This document shows, piece after piece, positions 7,613 to 14,519 of a DNA stretch of 24,000 bases. The notes under the pieces were generated by a model. That model ran no database searches and was not told where the DNA came from. It saw nothing but the letters and a program-made list of their open reading frames with translations. The DNA is from Desulfohalobium retbaense DSM 5692 (GTDB lineage Bacteria; Desulfobacterota; Desulfovibrionia; Desulfovibrionales; Desulfohalobiaceae). The first letter of the stretch is position 1, and each line of letters begins with the position of its first letter. The stretch lies in contig NC_013223.1 in the NCBI RefSeq assembly GCF_000024325.1, forward strand, positions 2,795,353 through 2,819,352, in the 5' to 3' direction. Position numbers and translations under genes: made by a program.

Positions 7613-8242
7613 ATGCTTGGACATCCATCCCGCTCCGCACACCATCTCTGTAAAAGCCTACTTGGAACAGTCCTCGGGATCCTGTTGGCCACGGCAGTCG
7701 CTGCTCAACCGCCGCAAGGCGGAGTGAATGTCAACATCATCGAGGATAACGCCCTGGCGGGTAGCACCGGCGTGATCGGGGTCAATACAGCTGCCGGCGA
7801 CAACCACGTCCAGGCGAACCAATGGAGTATTGGTGTCGGGACAACCGCAGATTTTGGACATGTTGACCAGACCACCCTTTCCATCGGCACGCCTCCAGAA
7901 TTGAGTATCGACCGCATTACAGACAACGCCTTCCAAGGGGTCTCGGGACTTCTGAGCGTGAACCAGGCCGCTGGGAGCGGGTCCGCCGAGAGCAACCAGG
8001 TCTGTATCGGAATCGGCATGGCCACAAACGCCAGACCGGTTTCGGCCAGCAATCTGCGTCAGACGGTGGGTTCCGCCACTGCCTCACGACCCAACGTGGG
8101 AAGTCAGCGGGCGGATATTATAGACGGACAGGCATTCTCCGGGGCCAGCGGTGTGGTCCAGGTCAACCAGTCCGCGGGCTCGGGCAATGGTGTGTCCAAT
8201 CGTGTTCTTATGGACATGGGATTTATGGACGTCACACCCTAA
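7613..8242 (+). CDS. fapB: FapB-like amyloid subunit (secreted, three Fap-type repeats)
   Basis: The true start is taken as ATG 7613, not the 7400 track start, which overlaps the upstream ORF. Signal peptide: …LLGTVLGILLATAVAAQ. Three repeats are present: IEDNALAGSTGVIGVNTAAGDNHVQANQ, ITDNAFQGVSGLLSVNQAAGSGSAESNQ and IIDGQAFSGASGVVQVNQSAGSGNGVSNR. The protein is Gly/Asn/Gln/Ala/Val-rich, and its size (209 aa) and position before the larger repeat protein match FapB. Confidence 0.75.
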   Translation: MLGHPSRSAHHLCKSLLGTVLGILLATAVAAQPPQGGVNVNIIEDNALAGSTGVIGVNTAAGDNHVQANQWSIGVGTTADFGHVDQTTLSIGTPPELSIDRITDNAFQGVSGLLSVNQAAGSGSAESNQVCIGIGMATNARPVSASNLRQTVGSATASRPNVGSQRADIIDGQAFSGASGVVQVNQSAGSGNGVSNRVLMDMGFMDVTP

Positions 8243-8271
8243 CCCAACGTGTAACCAGAGGAGGTTCTCCC

Positions 8272-9573
8272 ATGAAACGGTTTATGAGTGTCGTACTCGG
8301 TTGTGCAATGCTGTTGTGCTTCGGCACCTCAGCCAATGCTCAAGGCCATCCGGCCATCATCGCAGGCCTCGTCGCTGACGCGGAACTCAGCGGCAATCTC
8401 GATCTGACCCTGCAGCTGATGGCCGAAGCCAACATCGGCGTTTATTTCGCCATGGTCGACGCAGATGTCGCAATCGACGGCGATATCGATGTCGACGGGG
8501 TCACCCGCAGTTTGGCGAAGAATGATCAATTCCTGATGATCAATTCGGTGAACAATTACGAAGTTGATAACACCGCTACGGTCTCCGGCGAAGTGTTGAA
8601 GGGTGCTGCCGGCAATATTGGTGTCAATATCGCTGCTGGCGATTTCAATGCCCAAAGCCAGGTCGTCGCGGTTGCCGCTTCCGAACAGGAACGGAGTATG
8701 GCTGAAGCCAAATCCTTCAGTGTCCAAAAGGCAATGTTCAACAGCGCCTGCAACGAAGGGGTGACCAACAAAGCCTTGGCCAAGGGCGATGCGCTCATGG
8801 GCGTCAGCGGCAACATCGGATTGAATATCGCCGCTGGGAACCACAACGGGCAGACGAATATGTTTGCGGCGACAGTGGCCCCATCCCGGGTCTCGGTGGC
8901 CACCGCCTATGTGCAACAGAAAAACATGCACAACACCGTGGGAAACATGCCCCTTGTAGAAGAATACGTCGAAAATGTCCCTGTTAACCTGGGACTTAAT
9001 GCTGGCGGCACCGCTGGATCCACCAACCAAATCGGATTCTACGGAGGTGATACCCAGGGCAGCTTTAATGGCGAGACCTCGGGCATGAGCTACCAGGCCA
9101 GCAACTTCTACCCCGATGTTTGGGCCCGCAACCCGAACTTCCCGATCGACGAGCAACACCCCAATTCGCCAGAGCATCTGGGCCATGTTGACTTCGACGC
9201 CGCCACACAAGGCGCCATCGACAACCCGAACCGCGAGGGCGTCGGCGGAATGGCCTTTGACAACGAAGGCACGGTTGAAGGCGACTACGAAGGCACTGAA
9301 TCCGGTATGTTCATGGGCGGCATCGGCTCCCAGCAAATCCAGCTGACCGGCACTGTCACCGGTGATATCCCTGTCGTCGTAACCCGCTATGTGGGCGCCA
9401 CCAACACCGCGACCCTGAGCAACCGAGTACTCATGAACGCCGAGGGCAATGTCGGTGTCAATGTGGCTGCCGGCACCAACAACCTGCAAGCCAATTCGCT
9501 CTCTGTGAGTTATGTCCCGGCTGCGAACGGCAATATCCCCACTCCTGGCAATGGAGGCGGCGGGGAACAATAA
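8272..9573 (+). CDS. fapC: FapC-like major functional-amyloid subunit (three repeats, two linkers)
   Basis: 433 aa with a strong RBS (GAGGAGG) and signal peptide …CFGTSANA|QG. R1 (8569..8679): NTATVSGEVLKGAAGNIGVNIAAGDFNAQSQ. R2 (8767..8880): NKALAKGDALMGVSGNIGLNIAAGNHNGQTN. R3 (9403..9510): NTATLSNRVLMNAEGNVGVNVAAGTNNLQAN. The core GN(I/V)G(V/L)N(I/V)AAGxxNxQxN matches the repeat I recall from Pseudomonas FapC. A long G/N/E/D-rich second linker separates R2 and R3. Confidence 0.85.
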   Translation: MKRFMSVVLGCAMLLCFGTSANAQGHPAIIAGLVADAELSGNLDLTLQLMAEANIGVYFAMVDADVAIDGDIDVDGVTRSLAKNDQFLMINSVNNYEVDNTATVSGEVLKGAAGNIGVNIAAGDFNAQSQVVAVAASEQERSMAEAKSFSVQKAMFNSACNEGVTNKALAKGDALMGVSGNIGLNIAAGNHNGQTNMFAATVAPSRVSVATAYVQQKNMHNTVGNMPLVEEYVENVPVNLGLNAGGTAGSTNQIGFYGGDTQGSFNGETSGMSYQASNFYPDVWARNPNFPIDEQHPNSPEHLGHVDFDAATQGAIDNPNREGVGGMAFDNEGTVEGDYEGTESGMFMGGIGSQQIQLTGTVTGDIPVVVTRYVGATNTATLSNRVLMNAEGNVGVNVAAGTNNLQANSLSVSYVPAANGNIPTPGNGGGGEQ

Positions 9574-9657
9574 CCGCTAGTGGAAATGGACCTGTAAACA
9601 AAGAGGAGGCGGCCGTGTCAAAACGGCTGTCTCCTCACCCATATCAGGGGAGCGCGC

Positions 9658-10365
9658 ATGAAAAGAAGCAGATGGCATTTCGGACTGGCAAGTACCCTCC
9701 TGCTCTTCTTTGCTCTAAGCCTGGCGAGCCCGGGCTTTTCAGGCACGTTGCAACTCAAGGTGGGGCCAAACGGGTGTTTCATGCGCAAAGAAATCCAAAG
9801 CGTCAAAGAGCTTCGCTACAAAAACATTGTCAGGCAGGGTCTGGACTACAGTTGCGGTTCAGCCGCCCTGGCGACGATCATCAAATACTACTACGGCCGA
9901 AAAAAGCTGACTGAACAGGACATCGTCAAAGATATCCTTGAAAAAGGGGACGATGCGCGGATAAAAGACAAAGGATTTTCATTGCTTGATCTCAAACAAT
10001 ACGCGGAACGGCAAGGCTTCAGGGCTGAAGGGTACAAAATAGAAGCGGATCAATTGTCGCAGCTGAGTATTCCAATCATCGTTCTGATGGAAGTCAAAAA
10101 TTATAAACACTTTGTGGTACTCAAAGGAGTCAAAAACAATAAGGTGTATCTTGGCGATCCGGCCTATGGCCATCGTGTTGTCAAGTTGGAAGAATTTTCC
10201 AAATCCTGGAACAACATCTTTTTAGCCGTTCTCGGCACCAATCCGGACAAAGATCTGTATAAACTCCACCAACTCAATGTCTCTCAAAAAGATGCCTGGA
10301 GTCTTCGTCAGACAGCTCTCCCGCTTCACTTTATGACTCGCCCTTTTGAAATGAATTGTAACTGA
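9658..10365 (+). CDS. fapD: Stand-alone secreted C39-family cysteine peptidase (FapD-like)
   Basis: 235 aa with signal peptide (…FFALSLASPGFSG). C39 catalytic layout: Q60-x5-C66 (RQGLDYSCGSAALATI; TGC at 9853..9855), H151 (KHFVVLKG) and D167-P (YLGDPAYG). There is no ABC transporter domain. It sits immediately downstream of the FapC-like gene, as in fapABCDEF. Confidence 0.85.
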   Translation: MKRSRWHFGLASTLLLFFALSLASPGFSGTLQLKVGPNGCFMRKEIQSVKELRYKNIVRQGLDYSCGSAALATIIKYYYGRKKLTEQDIVKDILEKGDDARIKDKGFSLLDLKQYAERQGFRAEGYKIEADQLSQLSIPIIVLMEVKNYKHFVVLKGVKNNKVYLGDPAYGHRVVKLEEFSKSWNNIFLAVLGTNPDKDLYKLHQLNVSQKDAWSLRQTALPLHFMTRPFEMNCN

Positions 10366-10389
10366 TGTTGCACGAAAAGGGGAAAATAC

Positions 10390-10869
10390 ATGTGGACATA
10401 TAAACAAAGCATCGTTGTCCTCTTCTTTGTATTCGTCTTTCTGGGCGCAGCCCAACCGGCCCAGAGTTCCGGGATCCTGCCCGAGAGTATTCAGGCGCAG
10501 GCTCTCGCGGATACACAACTTGAGGAGATACGGGGAAAGTTCATGGGGTTCTATTTTTCCATGAACTATTCCATGTATTGGGATACGAGCGGCAACCAAT
10601 TTGCCCTGAATGATGCGGCCGGTGGGGCGAATACGGATCTCGTCCGTGCTCCGGGGGATTCCTCGGTCCAGCTCAACAACCCCTTGGGAACGAGCACCGC
10701 CGTCATAGGCGATTTTCAGGGCGGAAGCGGTATTTTCCAAATAAACCAAGTTCCTGGAAACAATAATCTGGTGAATAACAGTCTGGTTCTTGATATAGCC
10801 ATCTTTACACTCCAAGAATCACAAATAGGGCAAATGCAAAGCGTCCTTCAGGATTTTCTCCAATTCTAG
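10390..10869 (+). CDS. Small secreted protein with one degenerate Fap-type repeat (FapE position)
   Basis: 159 aa with RBS AAGGGGA and signal peptide MWTYKQSIVVLFFVFVFLGAAQPAQS|SG. It has a single repeat-like segment, IGDFQGGSGIFQINQVPGNNNLVNNS, and a C-terminal …DFLQF. Confidence 0.8.
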   Translation: MWTYKQSIVVLFFVFVFLGAAQPAQSSGILPESIQAQALADTQLEEIRGKFMGFYFSMNYSMYWDTSGNQFALNDAAGGANTDLVRAPGDSSVQLNNPLGTSTAVIGDFQGGSGIFQINQVPGNNNLVNNSLVLDIAIFTLQESQIGQMQSVLQDFLQF

Positions 10870-10931
10870 TCGTTCACAAGATCGACAATGAACTTGAAGG
10901 ACACCGGCTAGACTCAATTCCCCTTTTGACG

Positions 10932-10987
10932 ACAGGTAGTACGGGAAGCGGATACCTAATGCTTTCAACGTGCTACCTGTTTTTTTG
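10932..10987 (+). terminator. Rho-independent terminator closing the amyloid operon
   Basis: acaggtagtacg (10932..10943) pairs with cgtgctacctgt (10969..10980): 12 bp with 1 mismatch and a 25-nt loop. A T7 run follows, 62 nt after the stop of the 10390..10869 gene. Confidence 0.6.
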
Positions 10988-11135
10988 CTGCTCTTCCATT
11001 TTTTTGTGCTTTATGACAAAACCTGGTTGAAAAGACCGTATTTTCGTTGTAAAAGAGACATAAATAGTCCTCTCCGTTTTTTATTCCATACATATCAACA
11101 TATTAAATCAGAAGCAGAGCACGGAGCGAAATCTG

Positions 11136-12605
11136 ATGCATAGAATTGACATTCGCTGTGAATGCAATTTAGCTGCTCAAGCATTCTCGCCACCCCATTG
11201 CGATGATTGTGAAAGCCGTTACCCGGTGAAGATAATCGATATAAGCTTGGGAGGGGCCAAACTAGTATTCAACACCCTCCCATTCAATAATGACTATTTT
11301 ACTCTCAAGCTTGAAGACTTTCCAAATATTGAAATTGTGGCTTATGTAAAATTTAAAAAAGAAAATCAGGCTATAGTTGTTTTTTATTACGACTCAGTCG
11401 AAAATGCGCAAAAAATAATTGAGATAGTACGAAAACACTACGAACACAAAAACCACAATTACTGTCCCTATTGCGGCCAAACCCACGCCAGTGGAAGTCT
11501 TTTCTGCCCTCATACCCAGTTAAGCTTGAACATTTACGACCCCGCCTACCTCAATGACCACGTCTGTCGAACGCTCCTCAAACGCATCAGTTGGCGATTG
11601 CACAATGTTGATTGCGACAAAGCCTGGTCTATTCTCTCTTCCCTCGACAAACAATTACTCAGTGTGCAGCCCACAACCGCACAATTGGAGATCGTAGGGA
11701 CCTCTCCAGCCATGTTGAATCTCTTTTCACAAATCCGCAAAGTCGCCGCCACCGACCTCCCCGTTCTCATTCTTGGCGAAAGCGGAACCGGTAAAGAGCT
11801 CGCTAGCAAAGCTATATTCGAACGAAGTGACCGCAAATCGAAACCATTTATCGTCATCAACTGTGCAGCCATTCCCGAAACTTTGCTCGAGGCTGAACTT
11901 TTTGGGTACGAACGCGGCGCGTTCACTGGCGCGCACACGACCCGCCACGGCAAATTTGAGCACGCTGACGAAGGCACAATCCTTTTGGATGAAGTCGGAG
12001 ACCTCCCCCAATCCCTTCAAGCGAAGCTCCTGCGCTTTCTTGAAGAAGGGACCATTGAACGCCTCGGCTCCAATACCCCCCGACAACTTGATATCCGCAT
12101 CCTGGCAGCCACCAACCAGGACCTTGAAAGCAAAGTCCACAACGGCACCTTCCGACTTGACCTCTACCACCGGTTGAGCGCCTTCACCATTACCCTTCCC
12201 GCCCTGCGGGACCGCGGCGCCGACAAGACCATCCTCGCCAAATTTTTCCTCAACAAATTCAGTCAAAAATACAATTCCGGTCGCCCCATGGTCTTTTCCA
12301 GCACGGCGATTGGGGCCATCAACGACTATGCCTGGCCCGGCAATATCCGTGAAATGATCAATAAAATCCGCAAGGCAGTCGTCATAGCCGACTCGCATAC
12401 TATTAGCACGGAAGATCTGGGGCTCCATACATCCCAACCCACGTCATTGGGCGCCCAAAATGAGGGACGGAAAAAGAAAATTGACAAAGCGACCCTCCTT
12501 GAAACGCTGGATGCATGCAGTTGGAACAAAAGCCTGGCTGCCAAAAGGTTATGCATAAGCAGACCGACATTGTACAAACTGACACGGGAGTACGGACTTC
12601 TATGA
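11136..12605 (+). CDS. Sigma-54-dependent transcriptional activator (bEBP) with N-terminal PilZ domain and Cys-rich linker: PilZ-AAA+-Fis HTH
   Basis: 489 aa. PilZ motifs: RIDIR (RxxxR, 11142..11156) and DISLGG (DxSxxG, 11238..11255). A CPYCGQTHASGSLFCPH zinc-ribbon-like segment follows. AAA+ motifs: Walker A GESGTGKE, GAFTGA (11916..11933), Walker B LLDEVG and the arginine-finger region RLDLYHRL. C-terminal Fis-type HTH: NKSLAAKRLCISRPTLYKLTREYGL. There is no receiver, GAF or PAS domain. Confidence 0.9.
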   Translation: MHRIDIRCECNLAAQAFSPPHCDDCESRYPVKIIDISLGGAKLVFNTLPFNNDYFTLKLEDFPNIEIVAYVKFKKENQAIVVFYYDSVENAQKIIEIVRKHYEHKNHNYCPYCGQTHASGSLFCPHTQLSLNIYDPAYLNDHVCRTLLKRISWRLHNVDCDKAWSILSSLDKQLLSVQPTTAQLEIVGTSPAMLNLFSQIRKVAATDLPVLILGESGTGKELASKAIFERSDRKSKPFIVINCAAIPETLLEAELFGYERGAFTGAHTTRHGKFEHADEGTILLDEVGDLPQSLQAKLLRFLEEGTIERLGSNTPRQLDIRILAATNQDLESKVHNGTFRLDLYHRLSAFTITLPALRDRGADKTILAKFFLNKFSQKYNSGRPMVFSSTAIGAINDYAWPGNIREMINKIRKAVVIADSHTISTEDLGLHTSQPTSLGAQNEGRKKKIDKATLLETLDACSWNKSLAAKRLCISRPTLYKLTREYGLL

Positions 12606-12774
12606 GGGCTGACTGTTGAAAAATTCCTTTTAACACAGGTTGTTCACAAAACCCACAGAGTTGGCGACACAACGTTCCAGATCACAGCGTATACATGCAA
12701 AGGTACGTGTTGGAACATATTGCAGTTTTGTTGCCATTGGGAAGGCTTGAGCGACCTGATAGGAGGGTGGTTCT

Positions 12775-13293
12775 ATGCTGAAAAAATGTCTCCCCGCTTT
12801 TTTGCTTGTTCTATGCTTCGCCCCTCAACTGGCTCTGGCACAGGCAAAAATTGGTTTTTTTGATCTGCAGGAAATCATTCGCAGTTCTGAGGCTGGCAAG
12901 CAGTCCCAACAAGAATTGCGCCAGTTTGTTGAATCCCAGCACGCCCTCCTGCGATCTAAGCGTGACAACATCGAAAAGGCCCAAAAAGCGCTGCAAGATG
13001 CCCCAAAAAACAATGGTGAGCGGAAAAAACTGCAACAGCAATTAAATGAACAGATTGATGAGTACCGAAGCCTCAGCTCGCAATACCGCAGCGAACTCCA
13101 AAAAAGAGATGCCGCATTGACAAACTCAATAAATCGTGACGTACAGGGCATCGTTCACCGCATAGCGCAACAGATGAAGTTGACCTTTGTCTTCGAAACC
13201 AATGGGTGCGGAATAGTTGTTTATCCAGAATCTACCGATATCACAGAAGAAGTTATTCAAGAATACAACTCCGCCTTGATTTCTCAAAAGTGA
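12775..13293 (+). CDS. Skp/OmpH-family periplasmic chaperone
   Basis: 172 aa with RBS AGGAGGG and signal peptide …CFAPQLALA|QA. It opens with the OmpH signature KIGFFDLQEIIRSSEAGKQSQQEL, followed by a long K/Q/E-rich coiled-coil. Confidence 0.85.
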   Translation: MLKKCLPAFLLVLCFAPQLALAQAKIGFFDLQEIIRSSEAGKQSQQELRQFVESQHALLRSKRDNIEKAQKALQDAPKNNGERKKLQQQLNEQIDEYRSLSSQYRSELQKRDAALTNSINRDVQGIVHRIAQQMKLTFVFETNGCGIVVYPESTDITEEVIQEYNSALISQK

Positions 13294-13332
13294 TTTTGAC
13301 CATTCTGGACTTCAACCTATGGAGGGCTTGGT

Positions 13333-14322
13333 ATGTTGCGTGTTATAAAACCAACCATTTACATCGCCTGCTTCCTTTTTTTCTGGACATCGATCTCCCC
13401 TGTCTATGGACAATCCAACTCCACAACCTCTCCCAAGGATGAAACAACAGAAATCGAACAGGGAGGAGCCCTCCTGGATCCTGGTCAATTTATTTGGGAG
13501 CCCGGCATACAGTACTCCCATACATCACGGACACGACTTTCCATCAGTGGTTTCACGATCTTTGAGGCTATTGTCTTAGGAAGAATTCAAACTGAAGACT
13601 CAAAAAAAGATGTCATCATGCCGTATATGAACTTCAAAGCAGGACTTTTAAAGAATCTCCAACTTGATATTAAAGTTCCATTTTTATATAGACGTGACCG
13701 TATCACTTCAGATAGCAATGATGACGACGAAAAAATCATAACTGACGCGAACCTCGGAGATATAGAAGCTGCGCTTTATACCCAGGTTCTTCGTGAACGG
13801 GGCGCGATTCCGGATTTAATCATAAACACCAGAGTCAAAAGCAGAACCGGCCAAGATCCGTATGACCTGGAAACAGACGATGACGATGATCCCACAGAAC
13901 TTCCCACAGGAAGTGGTCATTGGGGAGTGTCATGGGGATTAACAGCCTCGAAAAGCAGCGACCCTGCTCTCCTTTTTGCCTCTTTAAATTATTACTATAA
14001 TATAAAGCGAGATATTGGCGATGACATTGGCGAAATAGAACCAGGGGATAGCATAGAATACGGCTTTGGCCTCGCCTACGCTTTAAATGAACGACTCTCC
14101 AGCAGCATCTTTTACCAGCAGCGTATTTATGACAAAACCAAACAAAATGGGGAAGGGATAGACGGAAGCGATCTCAATGTCAGCACTCTCTATTTTGGCG
14201 CCAATTACGCCCTCTCACCGCAGCGCAGTATCAGCGTTTCCCTGGGCACCGGGCTTTCCGAGGACGCACCGGACGTCACCCTCCAGGTGAGTATGCCTAT
14301 TCTCTTCGGGCTGGACGGATAA
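13333..14322 (+). CDS. Outer-membrane beta-barrel protein (MetA-pathway/transporter-like); candidate secretion pore of the locus
   Basis: 329 aa with RBS GGAGGG and a signal peptide (…FFWTSISPVYG|QS). Amphipathic beta strands alternate throughout. LGDIEAALY and LPTGSGHWGVSWGL motifs resemble small OM channel families, and acidic loops are present (DSNDDDE, ETDDDDDP). The gene starts 39 nt after the skp-like gene. Confidence 0.75.
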   Translation: MLRVIKPTIYIACFLFFWTSISPVYGQSNSTTSPKDETTEIEQGGALLDPGQFIWEPGIQYSHTSRTRLSISGFTIFEAIVLGRIQTEDSKKDVIMPYMNFKAGLLKNLQLDIKVPFLYRRDRITSDSNDDDEKIITDANLGDIEAALYTQVLRERGAIPDLIINTRVKSRTGQDPYDLETDDDDDPTELPTGSGHWGVSWGLTASKSSDPALLFASLNYYYNIKRDIGDDIGEIEPGDSIEYGFGLAYALNERLSSSIFYQQRIYDKTKQNGEGIDGSDLNVSTLYFGANYALSPQRSISVSLGTGLSEDAPDVTLQVSMPILFGLDG

Positions 14323-14480
14323 GGAGAAGCACCGCTTTGAATCAAGGGCCAAGACGGGTGGAATAGGGACAGGAGAGGGAGTCGCTCTCAAACGGCGAGC
14401 CGACTGGGGAGTATTGCCAAGCGTTTCATCTCACAGGTCGCCGGTGTAGCAACCGAAAATGACCGCGGAGACTAACGCAA

Positions 14481-14512
14481 AAAGGGGTTACAGCTTAAGC
14501 TGTAACCCCTTT
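14481..14512 (-). terminator. Strong hairpin terminator, effectively bidirectional
   Basis: aaaggggttacagc-ttaa-gctgtaacccctt is a perfect 13-14 bp stem. On the minus strand it is followed by TTTTTGCG, just downstream of the tRNA-Phe 3' end. On the plus strand it is followed by TTTG, downstream of the OM barrel gene. Confidence 0.8.
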
Positions 14513-14519
14513 GCATTCA

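Noticed and set aside
8329-9570. 413-aa minus-strand ORF covering the whole FapC-like gene
   Set aside because: The + strand has a strong RBS, a signal peptide and three conserved repeats. The minus-strand frame is kept open by the repetitive GC-rich codons and encodes a featureless protein with no RBS.
9615-9914. 99-aa ORF starting at GTG 9615, with a good GGAGG 5 nt upstream
   Set aside because: It overlaps the C39 peptidase gene out of frame, and its product is basic and featureless. The GGAGG is part of the 13-bp hairpin stem at 9603..9636.
12710-12753. Sigma-54-like strings upstream of the skp-like gene: TGGAACatATTGCAG (12710..12724) and tGGgaaggcttgaGCg (12738..12753)
   Set aside because: The first has GG and GC only 8 nt apart, which is the wrong spacing. 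The second has correct spacing but matches little beyond the GG/GC dinucleotides. Neither is good enough to call.
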